Below are positions 1-21,725 of a stretch of 64,000 nucleotides of DNA, one piece after another (position 1 is the first letter of the stretch; every line of letters begins with the position of its first letter). Source of the DNA: Camelus dromedarius (Eukaryota). A program made the position numbers and the translations under genes. The notes beneath the pieces are model-generated. The model did no database searches and was not told the DNA's origin. It saw only the letters and a list, made by a program, of their open reading frames with translations. The stretch is from NCBI RefSeq assembly GCF_036321535.1, contig NC_087438.1, forward strand, positions 98,704,001 to 98,768,000, read 5' to 3'.

Positions 1-152
1 TTATGCAAAACGATGTTATTATTTGGAGGTACAAACTGAAGTAGTAAGAGGGAATGCCACAGTATGTGTAATTCACTTATAGACATTTCATCAAAGCATA
101 GATAAAGCAAAATTAAAAATGCTGTTGAATCTGGGTGTAAAGTATATTGGAT

Positions 153-260
153 TTTTTGCATTCTTTTTTTATTGAATTATAGTCAGTTTACAATGATGTG
201 TCAGTTTCTGGTGTACAGCATAATGTTTCTACCATATATATACACATATGTAAGTTTAAA
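153..260 (-). mobile_element. L1 3'-end fragment (artiodactyl/camelid-type)
   Basis: T-rich tail followed by ttattgaattatagtcagtttacaatgatgtgtcagtttctggtgtacagcat; a near-identical string recurs at about 28080-28140 at the end of a clear L1. Confidence 0.6.
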
Positions 261-1747
261 GTATAATGGATTTTATTGCACTATTACCTTTAAAAATTTT
301 CATCATAAAAGATAAAAGTGCTACCTCTCCATATTCAGTAGTAGGGTAACTTATTTGCTTTTTGTTACATAATGGTTTTCAAGAATTCACTTTATGACAA
401 AATAAAAGTGACCCCATTGAAAATTACTGATTTCTTAAGTAATTTTCCTTTTTTGTTGTCATTGATGCTGTTTTGGGGCAGGAGTCTTACAATGTTCTGG
501 GATTTGATATTGCTATTCTTGTTTTCTTTTATTATACCACATTTGCTAGTTTAAATTTGTATTATTCTATATTGTTTACATTATGTAACTAGTAGGTATC
601 ATCCTGAGTAAAATACTCCTCCATCAGAAGAGTAAAGATAAAAACTTCTTAAGAAATTGAAATGAAAATTCAAACTGTTAAAGAAATAAATTAGGTTCAC
701 TTTTCTATTTATTTTTCAAAGTAAATATAAAAAATCCTTAATACTTTGTGACATCTCCCACATATCCACAAATAATGAATGGATCTGTATTAGTGATTTA
801 TAAATGCCTCATAGTGTTCCAAATTATGTCTCCAATCTATAAGTGGACAGACAGTTCAACAGAAATTTTGGTAACTGGAATGTAGTGTGGATAGAGCCAG
901 TGTGCATACACATTTTTGTAATTTCTCTCATAAAAAATTTATAGGCTAAATGAAGTAGTAAAATGCAGTTTTGCTTGATATTGTGAAATGGGTGAAAGAA
1001 ACTCCAATTTCCCTAAGAATTTTTTTCTTTGCTTCATGCGATTTTTACTGGTTTTGTCTTGCAACAGCTATTGACTAGTTGTGAGAATTTTATTTAAATA
1101 GACATTTAGTGAAAAAGAATGTTTGGGCCCTCTTTATCTGTCAGTCATAAGAAGCAAATCTTATGCTGCTTATGCATAAGAATCAGTAGATGAGTACAAA
1201 ATATCCTATTTGAATAATTTGGGAACAAACTTGTAGACTACCAGATAGAATAGAATCCACAGTCAGATCCTTTTGTATAAGAAAGCATGGTCATGGTTGA
1301 AGAGGTATCAAAATCACTGGCAGGTGGGGTTGGGACAGACTGATTACTTAGCAATGTTACTGGGAAAATTGGATTCCTTTATAAAGATACAAAATTCTTA
1401 TCTCATGCCACATAAAAATAAACTTTATATGGATTTAAGAGGTGAATTTGAAATATTTTAGTTGGAAAAATTGTGATAAATCTCAGTAAAAATATCTTTA
1501 TGACTTTAGTATTGGTTTCAGTTTCTTAAACAAGGCTTTATAAGTGCAAATAATAAAGATAAAAATTGACAAATAGTACTACCTCAAAACTAGAGGATAG
1601 TCCAGTCAAGCTAGCAGATGACAGACAGGAGGTGCTACTTGCAGCATTATAACTGAGAAGGATGAATATTTAGATTATTCAAATAACTCTTGGAGATCAG
1701 CAAAAATCAAGAAGTCAGGAGAGCCAATAGGATTTTTTTAAAAGGAC

Positions 1748-1790
1748 AAAAAGGAAAGGTAATTCAAAAAGGAAAGGTAATTCAAAAAGG
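1748..1790 (+). repeat. 18-bp tandem duplication (aaaaaggaaaggtaattc x2 plus partial)
   Basis: Seen directly: units at 1748-1765 and 1766-1783, partial at 1784-1790. Confidence 0.9.
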
Positions 1791-3089
1791 GGGAAAATAG
1801 AATGTCTGAAAAAAACATGAAATGATGGTCAAACTCATTAGTTGGTGATACACAAGATAAAATAAGACACCAGTTTATACCCATAGAATTAGTAAAGATG
1901 AGAAATTTGGATAAAATCAAGTGGACCCAAAGGAAATTGCATATACAAACCATTTTGAGGGAGTTTCAGTAGTATTTAGTATGTACATATCCTGTGACCC
2001 AGCAATTCTACTTCTTACACATATGCATGAGAATGCTCATCTTGGGAAAACAGAGAATAGGAGTCTACGTATAGATTCATTGGTAAAGCAATTGATAAAT
2101 GTGAAAACAGGTCTGTGAAGGACTACTATGCAGTGATCAAAAGGAGTGAACTAGGTGTACAACCACATGGATAAATTCCAAATGTTTAAAAGGAAGAAAG
2201 AGACTGAGATTTATAGTACAGTGCCTATATATATCCATAAAATGCATAATATCATACATGTAGAAATATACAAATATATAAACATACATGTTGGAAGTAA
2301 AGAAGGAACATATGTAAGAAAGAAAATGTGTATTTCTACATAGGGGTTCAGAGAGAAGTATGAGCTATATCAGTGTCAATGGCAGAAACTGTTTCTTCCA
2401 AGAGATTGTTTAAATTGATTGCAGCATTATAGAGTTGATTTAGTACTGATTAATTGAAATTGCTTTAAAAATACATCTTACTTCTGTCTTCTCAAGATCA
2501 ATTGCCCATACCCCAAGAAAGCTAAGAATTTACTTGTGATTTTGAGACACAGCAATACCCTTGAGATTGTACATTTTTAATAAGGGTCGTTTAGATTACG
2601 TAGACCACACTTCCACTGAAAAAAAATTAGCTAATAAGACACTAATATACTGTCAGGTCACAGACAATGTTTAAAGGTAACTCACAGAGATAAATTAGCC
2701 CCAAATCTACTTTTTCCCTGAGAACAAGTGGAATCCTGGGAAATGTGAACCTCTATTTTGATGGTGTGTATGGGGAAGGAAATCAAAGCCTAACAAAATG
2801 AGAAGCTAATAGAAGATCCTCACATTAATAAATATAGATTCCTAAGTACTACACCTTTAGGGTAAAAATAAACTGGAAATGAATGAGCCCTTGTGTGGAA
2901 TTTCAACTTTGTACTTGATTTTTAGCACTGAACTTGATTTAAGGTGGTCATTGACAGGTAGTACTCCCAGATCCTGAGAGAACCAAATGTAACCTTCTAT
3001 GAAAGAAGGCTTATTCATCTTAAGTATAGAATTATTCATATAATTTTATGTTCTTAACCTGAACATAGATAATTACATGCACAAGGAAG

Positions 3090-3830
3090 TAAGACACCAT
3101 GAGTGAGAGCCAGCAGAAAACAAAGAACACAGAAATAAACTGGCAAACACTTCAAATATTTTAATTAACAGTCACAGTCTATAATGTGCTAACAACTTTA
3201 ACTGAAATAAAAATTATACTTGAAAATATACAAGGAATGAGAAATAATAAAATGTGAAATATTAGAAAAGAACCAAATAGAATTCTTAGAACTGAAAAAA
3301 TATGAAAATCAAAATTTGAAACTGAATAAAAGATTTAATAAAAAACTAGGTGCAACCAAATAAAGAATTTGTAGAGTGAAAGATCAGAATCTAATTTATC
3401 CTTCATGCAGCTCAGAGAGTTAATAAGATGAAAAATACAGAGGAAATTGTTAGAAACATAAAACAGAGTAAAAATATTTGACATTTATTTAACCAGAATT
3501 CTAGGAGAGATGATAAAGATTGGATCAGAAACAATATTTGAAAAAATAATGGCTGGAAACTGTCCAAAATTGATAAAAGCATCAATGCAGAGATTCAAGA
3601 GACCCAAATAAACCTAACAGGATAAATAAAAGATAACCATACCTGGAAACATCATTGTGAAATATCAGAAGGACAAGGAGAAATCTTTTTATTAAAAAAA
3701 AAGATAAGCCATAGAAAAAGACATCTAATCTTTAAACATATGACAGACTGAAAGCTATGTTCCATGTTGACGATTTCTCAACAGTAGCAATGGAAACTAA
3801 AAGTAATATAGCTTCAATGTGCTGAAAGAA
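3090..3830 (+). mobile_element. Old L1 ORF1-region fragment (L1M-type)
   Basis: A-rich degenerate sequence with L1 ORF1-like strings (aattcttagaactgaaaaaa, gacccaaataaacctaacaggataaataaa). No intact ORF. Confidence 0.55.
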
Positions 3831-4019
3831 ATTAGCAAACCTTCCAACCTAAATAGTCTTTGCACATGAGTCATCAGATGAGACAATCAAATCAACTGGA
3901 TGTCAGTTTGATTTTTAAATCAATCAAGATCATGGGAGAAAAGTGGTGTAAAGATATTTTTCAAATATAACTTAAAGTTTTCCTCTATCCATCCCTCGCC
4001 ACAATTCTGAGTCCAGGAG

Positions 4020-5250
4020 TCTGACATACTCTGTTTCTAGCCTTCTTCATCTCTAGTGACATCACTTCTACTCTAGTCTAATAGACCTATGACCATGATC
4101 TCTTTATGGAGATGGTAGTCTCTTAGAGCTGCATCTCTGAAATCACAACTTTAAACACACTTCTCTTAATCTACAACTTACATTCTTTCTAAAAGGGCTT
4201 CAGTCACCACTTATACCAATAAATCCTAATTTGTCTCTGCAGCTCAAACCTCTTTTCTCAATTTATGTAATATATGATCATTTACATAACTGCTTATATA
4301 GACAGATGCTGTATGGACATCTCAAATTCAACATGTTTTAAATTAAATATTTATCTTCCTCAAAATCAAACATCTTTTTCAGCTCTACACATGTTCCTCT
4401 CTTCTCCTCTTCCCATGTTTATTCTGTTAATAGCACCAGCACTCACTCAGTTCCCAAAGCCTGAAAAAAACACATTTTCACTTCTTATTCTACTCCCTCT
4501 ATGTCTAATCTATCATCACATTTTGTATCACCACATTTTATCTTTATTGTTCTAATACAACTCTATTACCACATTTCTAAGTGAGAGCAATATCACCTCT
4601 TACCTGTATTAATGCAATAAATTCTAGTCTGTTCCTTGCCTCTAGTCATACTCCTCTGTGATTATCCTCAACTCTGAAACAAGGTGATCTTTTGAAAAAT
4701 GAAAACATGCTCATGTCACTTTTCTATTTAAAACACTTTAATAATCTTGCATTTCTACTGATGTAGAGTCTAAATGCCTTGGCATGGCTTACAGAATGTT
4801 TGCTGATCTTTCCTATCTCAACTCTCACCATTTCTCTCCTCTTGCTCTATGGTTCAGCCATAACGATACTATTTCATTTCTTCTAAAACACTTCTTTAAT
4901 TTTGAATTTGCAAAATCCTGTTTTTAGTTTGTTGGAAATTTTACTCCATATCCAATTTTTATTTGGATTACTCATACTCACTTTTCATGTATCAAATTAG
5001 AGCATGATTTTTTCCAGAAAAGTTTTCTCTCTTGTACATCCAAATTCTGGTTAGATGACCCTCATCTATGCTCTTACATTAGTATAAACTTTTGCTATCA
5101 TGACATTCATTATGCTCCATTTTAAATGTCTGATCACTTTTCTGCCTTCATCTTTCAGGGTAGAAACTATGTCCATTTACTACTCTATCCCTGACACTAA
5201 TCACCATGCCTAGCACAAAGCATGTACTCAATAAATATTTGCTGAACAAA
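4020..5250 (+). mobile_element. L2 LINE 3' portion
   Basis: Contains ggacatctcaaattcaacatg and ends with the L2 terminus cctagcacaaagcatgtactcaataaatatttgctgaac. Confidence 0.7.
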
Positions 5251-5902
5251 TTAAGGCCTGAGTATACAAAACGGAATTTAGTTCCACAACTAAACTGGGT
5301 TCTAGTTTGTTCAACGTTTTAAAAATGTTGACAGAAACTGGACATGTCTTACTTTATTAACTACTATTAAGCATTTACTTTCTACTGCTGCCAGGTAAGT
5401 CACTTATGGAGTAACCCTAAATAAAAAGTGCCATTTACCTAGCCTGAAGTGTCCAGCCTCTGCAAAACAATTATCTGCATATACCAGGTTCAGTTTCAAG
5501 TACATGACTTTATCCTGTCTTTTCAAAGTGTATTTGCTGATACCTAGAGATGACTAACACCTCTGGTTCCCATTTGCAATTTTCTGGGAAACCTCTTACT
5601 AAGCAAATTACATTAAAGAGTCCTATTTTTAATTGTTTTATATATTGTCTTTCCAGAGAGATCATAACTTATTTGAGGTTGGGACTATAGCTTAAATACG
5701 CTTTTTATATCTACCACAGCTCTAGAGATTGTGGTTTATTGAGTTAAAGACTGAATAGTAACAGCATCACATATCACAAAGAACAAAACTCACAAAAGAG
5801 GAATATAGGAGAAAATATAATTCAGAGTCATCAACATAAAAGATAAAATAATATTTTTTCTCAAATTTACTTGACTTTGTTTAAAACATAAGAATCTACA
5901 GA

Positions 5903-5929
5903 GTCGCATGGTGGCGCTGCAGGATAAGA
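5903..5929 (+). promoter_or_regulatory. Pcdh conserved sequence element (CSE, CGCT box) / forward CTCF site of PCDHB18
   Basis: gtcgcatggtggcgctgcaggataag about 250 nt upstream of the ATG. The same motif precedes all three PCDHB genes. CSEs are established CTCF-binding promoter elements. Confidence 0.9.
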
Positions 5930-6138
5930 TGGGGAAATTTTGCATCATCAGATGCTCTGGTTTCCGTGAACCAGTGGAACCGAGAGTGCTGGAGAAGCAG
6001 TGGTGATAAAAAGAGGCTTCCAAGAGAAAGCTAGGGAGCCAAGAAGCCCTTCGCCACAGGATTGCAACTCTATAAATTCCCAGTGGTCAGGCTGATAGGT
6101 GAAAGGAGCTGTTTGAGACTGACCTGAAATATTTCTGA

Positions 6139-8565
<2,427 letters not shown>

Positions 8566-11049
8566 AGATTTTATTATCATGCAGAACTTTTAGAATGAGT
8601 GCTGTTTCTTTGTAAAAATGTATTCATTGTAATGCAAAATTACATTTTGGGTAACTTCATTTTACTTAAGAGTTTTGAGAAATTTCAATAATTTAAATCT
8701 ATTCTCTGCTCATTAACCGTGAAAAAACGAAGGGAGCTAGGATTTGCTTAGTCTTTCTTTCAAAATGCAACCTCAAATAATTTATTCAGATATACAGCAG
8801 TTTCTATTCAACTTAATTGCACACTTGGCTCAGTCATTCTCTGGGTGTTATGGACTCCAGAACCTCTCATCAAGACAATTTTTCCATGTTTGATATAGTA
8901 TTATTATAGAGGAAAATGGATGGTAGGAATAAAAAACATGCATTTTTTTATGTTTTCAGGTTTTTTAAAAAAATATAATCTTTACATTTCATTTTTCTGC
9001 CAAATATGTCAGAGAATTTTTCTGCTTTCAGGTATTTTTCTTCATAAGTATGTTGCTACTAGATGCTGTTACAGTAAGATAAGTTCTAATCTTGTTTGGA
9101 TTAAGATATATACTCAGCCCATACTTGTCTAGAAACTTCTTGGTACTACCCAAGAGAGGTAATCAATACTGAGATGCTTATTCTACTTTTCTTTACCTCT
9201 CCTGGCCATTTTTGATTGGTCCAGTGACAGACTCCTGATTAAAGTGGGAATGGGCACATTCTCCAAGCCCCTAAATTTGTAATTAAGGTATAGTTCATCT
9301 ATTTTTTTTTCTTGATTGCTTGTAACTAGGAAGTAAATGTTAAGCATAGGCTGAGGTAGCCATGTTTATACTTATGTAAGCTGGCATCACAGAATGGCAT
9401 CTAGAGAGGGAAGCAAAAAGGGAGTAAGGAAGGGAATGAAGGAGTAACAGTGAGAAGGAACAAGGGAGTGGAGGAATCCGAAGCCTAAAAAACAGTAGAC
9501 TTAAGACAGCTGCTTGGTGCTAGATCTGTCAGTTCTTGATTTCAGTTTTTCTAAGTCCCCCATGTCAAATTGTCCTTGAGTTATACAGTAACACTCTAGT
9601 TTCTTAATAATAGAACTCCTCTGTTTAACCTATCTTGGGGAGGGGTGCATTTCTGGAAACAAAAAGTGACAGAAAAGATACATACAACCTTGAGTACTCA
9701 ATTAGACTGTATAGTATCAAACCCAGGTCTTTTATTGCATGCATCTAATATTAACTTAATCAATTAATGGAATAAAAATGTGCAAGCTTAAAGATAACTA
9801 ATCTATACTAGAGAATTTTTCTACAAAATTTTGTAAATAATTTATGAGGTCTTTCGACGGAAAATTGTTACAAAAGGTTTTATAGAATATCTTGTTACCA
9901 AGTTTCTCTTCAATATTTTATGTGCCCCAGGATCAGTTTTTAAAAGTAACACTGAAATTGTTATTATTTGGATGTCCATACATTTTCTCAGGATCATCAT
10001 ACCCTCCTTAGCACCTCTTTCTTTTAAAAATTATTTAATGAGTTCAATATGGAATAAATATTTTATCATTTAATGTAAATTAAATAATCTGATTTATAGA
10101 TCATATAGGTTGATTCATTATTTCATTAATGGTAATAACTATAATTTGATTGACACATAGTCTACTAGAAAGCCTCATGAAAAACATTTCAAGCTCTCTG
10201 CCAAGTTGATGGGCTTAAAATTTTCTCCTTAAAAGAGAAAACAAGGAGAAAATTTATCTGAAAGATGGGAATAAAAAACTAATTTTGATCCATTTGCTTA
10301 CTGACATAGGAAACAGCTTCTATCATTAGTACTTAAGGCCACATTTTCTTGAACATCTAATTCTATAATAAAGAATTTAAATCCATGACCAAGATCTTTC
10401 CTTGAGGAAAATTATCAGATTTTCAATTTGACCAGCATGTTCTCACATTTTGAAAGCTTACTAAATCAAATTTATTGCATGGTGTAGAGCAAAACATTTT
10501 AAAATATAGTATCAATTTGAGTTATCTGTACCTTAATTAAATCAATACGCAACACAACTTTTACACTTGGCTCACATTGTTTTCCCAGTTAGCCAGGTAA
10601 TTGGAGTGCCAGAATGTATGACACTGTCCATTATTTAAACATTATTATTAAAATACTGTCCAAATTTTGGTGCAACTGGGGAGACCACAGGTCCTCCACT
10701 CCAAGATGTTTTTCCCATCCTTAGGAGAAAAAGAACTTCAGTTCCATGCTAAGGTGAATCTCAGGTTCAACATGTATGAATCTTAGTTTTAGGAATAACT
10801 GTAGAAGCTCTTTACAAATTGTTTGGATAATGGAACAAGTCAATGCAATATGCTCACAGATGTACAGAGATATTCCCCTTAGACAATATTTACAAACAGG
10901 TTATCCACAACCCCTTAAGCTGCCTGTTGAGTTTGTATAATAGACCAATTCTAGCTGGTCTATCACTTATGTTGATATGGTGAAACATAATGAATGAATC
11001 TCTTCATCTACTGTGCTAGCTATGAGTTGAGTTTATTGGTATTTATTCT

Positions 11050-11230
11050 TTCTTTAGGAATAGACTGATAGCTGCACATCTTTTTCTACTCAATTTCCCC
11101 CCAGAACACAAGACTATACAATATAGTATTGTAAACTCCATGGGGCCAGAGAATATACTTGTATTTCCAGAACTTAGCACAGTGCCTGATATATAATATG
11201 AAATCAATAAGCATTTGTTGAGTAAACAAA
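11050..11230 (+). mobile_element. L2 3'-end fragment
   Basis: cttagcacagtgcctgat...tcaataagcatttgttgagtaaac, the typical L2 terminus. Confidence 0.55.
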
Positions 11231-11473
11231 TAAAGTTAGCTTTGTTCTTACACCATTCTCAAAGTGTCTGGCACCATTTCCACATTCATAATCTCACAGG
11301 AAAACAGAAGTTACCATTTTTATTTATAATCCACCCCATATGTTACCCATAGTTTGTCTTTGTGTGTTAGTCACCCCACATACAACCCGTGGTTTGTTGT
11401 ATGTGTGCATGTGTGCATAAATCTAAGTAAGTGGAGTACGTTTTGTAGCATTTTCAGCAAACTAGGTCTAAGT

Positions 11474-11502
11474 ACAACACATGGTGGCGCTGTAAGCTAA
11501 GG
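11474..11502 (+). promoter_or_regulatory. Pcdh CSE / forward CTCF site of the second PCDHB gene
   Basis: acaacacatggtggcgctgtaagctaagg about 190 nt upstream of ATG 11673. Confidence 0.9.
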
Positions 11503-11579
11503 CTGCAAAAAACAGACCTGCGGATGGTTACTGTTTTGGCAGTCACACACAGACCTATCTAACAGAAGAGCAATCTTAA

Positions 11580-14048
<2,469 letters not shown>

Positions 14049-14679
14049 TTCAATTAAGAATCTGTTGGTTTTTCAGAGCATTTGGAATGAAAATATTTTC
14101 TAAATATACTGTTTCCATTAGCTTTTTGGTTCATATAGACTCTCTTGGGGTTTTGTTTAGTTGTTGATTTCACTTTCCTCCTTAAGGTAATTAGACATTT
14201 TCTTTGAGCATATACAAGAGAAAAGTACAAGCTTTTGTTAGAATATATAATTTTGAGAATAATTGAGGATATTTCCAAATTGTAGTTTTTGGAGTGTATA
14301 ACAGAAATGATAAATTCTACATAAGAAAGTTTTTGAATATTATTTGTGTCATAATAGCTTTAGTGTAAAATAACATTGACAGTGTAAAATGTGTTCTAGA
14401 AGAGATGTATACCTTATTTGTAGGGTCATTATAGCTTGTTATTATGCACTTTGTTTTTTATAACATATTCCTTTGCTTAGGGGATCCAGGGGATTTTGCC
14501 ATTTAACGAAAAAACATTTCAGATCACTCTGAATTATCTCAAATTACTACTCAAAAGAGCATAGAAAAAAGCCATACTGACTTGTTTATCTAGCTCATAT
14601 AATGAAGAAGGATGTCAGCAAAACAGGGGGCTTCTACATTGGGAGGAGAATCCATCTATCAGAATTTTTTAATTAATTG

Positions 14680-14870
14680 TTTTTTATTCATTAATCTATT
14701 CAACAAATATTTGTTAAGCATCTACAGTGTGACAGGAACTCTTCTAGATGTCGATGGATGTAGAAGTAAACAAAACAAAGTTCTCAAACTCAAGAGTTAC
14801 ACAGAGAATAAATAATTAAATAGGTACATGTATGTTATATAAGATGGTGATCAATGCTAGGGATAAAAAG
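14680..14870 (-). mobile_element. L2 3'-end fragment
   Basis: ttcattaatctattcaacaaatatttgttaagcatctacagtgtgacaggaac is the reverse complement of the L2 terminus. Confidence 0.6.
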
Positions 14871-16288
14871 TAAAACACATCAAGCCAACAGAGTCTTGAG
14901 CTATCTTTGAAACTTATTAAGCTGCCCTGCACCAGAAGATGTATGCATTACTCTCATTGCTAGAAGTGTGTAACATTGAACTGCACTAGGATTAATTTGT
15001 TTACAAGAAGAAATTAAAACTCTACATTTGGGGTTCACATACTGCAGCTCTATTGAATAATATGCATCTGAATTTTAAGTTGCAAAGGTATCTGAATAAT
15101 TTTTCATGTGCATATTTTGTTGAATGTTTCGGTTCATGAAAAATATTTAAAGCTTTTTTAAAGATTTCAGTTATTAATGTAACTGTACCCTTCTGCATGG
15201 AAAATCATAACCAACATGGCTGCACTAGACTTTCTCAGTGGTATCCAACACCACTTGTAGAGGGCTGCTTTATCACATTAACTGTACTTGGGTGTAGGAC
15301 TCTAGTGTTCTTCGGTGTACTTCATGGCCTGCATTATCTACAGCACTGTACTTAGATAAAAACTAAAAGAGGCAGTATACTTCACTGATGCTTGTCTGGT
15401 AATATCACTTCTGTGCTATTTTTTGTGATGTATGAAACTCGTGTTTTTTACATATAAATGAGTATGGTTAGATTAGTATCATGGTGATGCCTATTTTCAT
15501 CTGTAGTTAAGTATGTACAGGAGGCACTAATTCTGATTTATTGCAGTGTTTGGTCTTAATTTTTACTTTTACTCTTAAAACATTCAGTTTTGCTTTCAAT
15601 TTTACATACCTTANNNNNNNNNNNNNNNNNNNNNNNNNNNNNNNNNNNNNNNNNNNNNNNNNNNNNNNNNNNNNNNNNNNNNNNNNNNNNNNNNNNNNNN
15701 NNNNNNNNNNNNNNNNNNNNNNNNNNNNNNNNNNNNNNNNNNNNNGGGCAAGAGATATGAGATGTGCCCTCATAAGCATTTTCCCATAGTTTGAAAGTTT
15801 CATAAAATCATAACTCCCTGACCTTATGTAGAATAGGTATTATAAACTGGAATTAACTGGTGGCTTTTTCCTTGATGTGATTCAATCAACGGAAACCACA
15901 GTTCTGGCGTATACAATGCCTCAAACTTGGAAGGAAATTTAGAGGAATTCATCCTTTTTGCTGAGAGAATTTTAAGAAATTACAAGTATATATTGTTATT
16001 TTTACAAGATGAAATGATGATCACTATTAAGTCTTCTTTCACTTCTCAATTCTCCTCAGAGCATCCCACCCAGACTATAGGTTCTCAAAGTTAGGGACAA
16101 TGCCTGGATTGCTTGCTGGTGTATTTCAGAACATATTAAACAGATATGAATCATATTTCTTTGAATGAAGGAACAAATAATTATAATTGCATGGTTTTCT
16201 GACTATATCATCTTCCCACACCATTTCCAAACTTCGAATAGCCCTCTAGATTATCATATATGTATAATTGTAGCCGTTCTTTTCGAAG

Positions 16289-16317
16289 ACAACGCATGGT
16301 GGCGCTGCAGGCTAAGG
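16289..16317 (+). promoter_or_regulatory. Pcdh CSE / forward CTCF site of PCDHB15
   Basis: acaacgcatggtggcgctgcaggctaagg about 250 nt upstream of ATG 16555, followed by an A23 tract at 16322-16344. Confidence 0.9.
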
Positions 16318-16422
16318 CGTCAAAAAAAAAAAAAAAAAAAAAAAGACCCAGGAAATGCTACGAGCTCAACTTCACTTCTCCAGAGGAAGAGAAAAGCCTT
16401 AAGCAAAGCTCAGGACCAGTAA

Positions 16423-18957
<2,535 letters not shown>

Positions 18958-19980
18958 AACTTCCCCACTGTATACATTAGCTTTGTCTCCTTCACCTTTC
19001 CCTTTCTTTTTTTCAGCCTGTAGTAATCTTTAATTCTTATTTTCGTTCTTCTCTAGTATTTTCCTTAGTAAAGTTACTCATTGTTTTGTTGGCCTTGTTG
19101 CTGTGTAATTTTTTTCCAATTATTGTGTTAGTAAAAAATTTTACATCAGGAAATTTCGTATTCCTGATTAAGGTTTAGTACTCATTCCTAAAGGATAACA
19201 TGAAAGTTAACCTCTCAGTATAAACATAATTTTACTTTTAAAAGTAATTTCTCACTATATGACACCACCTAATAATGTCTGATTCCTTGTTAGTTTTTAT
19301 TATCTACGCAGCTATGACTTTTCTATAACCTCTTTTCTCTTTGGGGGTGGAATCAATTTATGTTTACCTATATCCAGTTTCTTCTAAGCTTTGTTTGGAT
19401 TTTTGTTTTACTGTTAGGCAGCAACATGTATAATTCTGTGCTGCTTATTTCAAAATTAAGCTTGTAAATCATTAGACTTTTGCTCTAAAATACATATGCC
19501 ATCTCATGAAAATATAACTGTCATCTGTTCTTTCTTATCTAAGTTAATGTTGAAAAGACTTATGGGTTCTTCCTTATATCGTAACTTATGAAGTTATGAT
19601 CCTGTTAAGAGTTCTAGACAGATTTAATGATACTCAGATTGACTGTGTCTAAGGTGTTTTTATATACTCTAAAGGACCAAGTAATATGTTGCCTGCAATG
19701 TCCCTTGCTATATTGCAGATAGATTCTCAAGCAGGTTCCAAATTCTGGGCCTAGAGGAGCTTTTGATGACACAGCATGCCAATCTATTTGCCTATGGGTG
19801 ACATTGTTCTGGTTGATAACGAATTTGAAAGAAAATACATTGTAGAATTAATACTAACTAAAGAAAACTTATTAAAGGATATGTTGGTGAAGGGATTGAA
19901 TACTTGAAGAAGTAATCAGCTCTGTTGTCTGGACTCGTCTATCTCCAGGAGCCTCATAACTTTGCGGATACTATAGAATG

Positions 19981-21725
19981 CTGTGGTAGGCAGAGCAATT
20001 GCCCCCTAAAGACATCAGCATCCTAATCTCTGGAACCTGTGAATATGCCATGTTGTATTGCAAATGGGAGTTAAGGTTCAGAGGAATTAAGGTTGCTAAT
20101 CAGCTAGTCTTAAACTAGAGAGAATATCGTAGGTGATCCGGGTGGGCCTTGTTGAAAGGCCTTAAAAACGGAACTGACTCTTCCCTGAGATGAATAAATT
20201 CCAACTATGGGCAGCAGCTTCGGCTCATGCCTCAGACTTCCAGTTGGCCCTTTCTAATTGCCTGCTCTACAGATTTCGGACTTAGCCAGCCAGCTCCCAC
20301 AACCTTGTAAGTCACTTTCTTGCAATAAATCTCTTCATATATTTATCTCCTGCTGACTGATTGAACCCTGACTGATACAGATTTTGGTACCTGGAATTGG
20401 AGTGCTTCTGTAACAAATAACTAAAAATGTCAAAATTGCTCTGAAAGTGGGTAGTAGGCATAGACTGGAAGAATTCTGAAGAGCATGTTACAAAAAGCAT
20501 TGATTGCTTTGGACCCACAGTTGAAATACAGATGTTAGCAACTCTCTAGTGAAGACTCAGAAGGAAGTAAGGAGCATGGTAGAGAAAATATATTGCCTTA
20601 TAGAATACCTGAATCAAAGCGTAAAGAGACTTAGCAGAAAAATGGATGTTAAAGTCACTGCTGATGAGGGCTCCGAAAGAAATGAGGAAAATGTTATTAG
20701 AAACTGAAGGAAAGGGAATCTTTGCTATATAATGGTAGAAAATTTAGCTGAATTGTGTCCTGCAGGGGAAATAAGGGGTGGGGAAGGACTTGTAAACAAT
20801 GAACTTGGATATTTAGCTGAGGAGATTTCCAGGCATGGGTTGAAGTGCAGCCTGGTTTCTTGCTGCCTATAGTAGAATGTGAAAGGAATGAGATAGACTG
20901 TTAAGCAAGAAGGAACCAGAATATGATGATTTGAGAAATTCTAAGCTTAATTAGGTTATAAAAGATGCTAAAATTAGGAGATTTACTATTAGGAAAGCAT
21001 ATTCTTTTTCTTGAGAAAAAGCCAAGGGTGTCTCAGGTGTACACCATTTGTATTAGGCATACACACTGAGTAGTTGATACTGTAATGAGATGAGATCTTT
21101 GGGATTTTATATATATATAATATATATATAATATATAATATATAATTATATTATAAAATAATATATATAAGTAGCAGGGCCATATATATACTATATATAA
21201 AATGTGGAATGGATGTGGATCTTTGGGGACCATAGAGTGGACTGTGATAGGGAAAATAATAGCCCCATAAAGTATGTCCTAATCTCTGGACCTGTGAATA
21301 TCTTATAGTATGTGACAAAGGGGAATTAAAGTTGCAGATGGAATTAAGGTTGATAATTAGCTGATTTAAGATAAGATTACCCTAGATTATCCAGGTGGGT
21401 CCAGTGTAATTGCAAGAGTCTTTAATAAGAAGTAGAAGTGGGAAGCAGAAAAGAGTCAGTGTGGGAGTGATGTTAAAGACTGAACCAGCCATTACTGAGT
21501 CTGAAGATGGAAGGGAGCCACAAGTGAGGGAAAGCAGGCAGCCTCCAGAAGCTACAAAAGGCAAGAAAATGTATTCTTTCTTAAAGCCTCCAGAAAGGAA
21601 TGTAGCTCTACCTTAACTTTAGCCCAGTTTAACTTTTGACCTCCAGAACAGTAAGATAATAAATTTGTGTTTTTAAGCCACTAAGTTTGTAGTAATTTGT
21701 TACAGCAGCAATAGGACATGAATAC
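19981..21725 (+). mobile_element. MaLR (MLT1-type) LTR, internal fragment and second LTR
   Basis: Two related LTR starts (tgtggtaggcagagcaattgcccc...cctaatctctggaacctgtgaatatg at about 19982; tgtgatagggaaaataatagcccc...cctaatctctggacctgtgaatatc at about 21243) flank an MLT-int-like piece beginning ttttggtacctggaa. The second LTR ends gttacagcagcaataggacatgaataca. Confidence 0.75.
21108..21200. repeat. AT-rich (TA)n-like low-complexity tract
   Basis: Seen directly: tatatatatataatatatatataatatataata... Confidence 0.9.
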
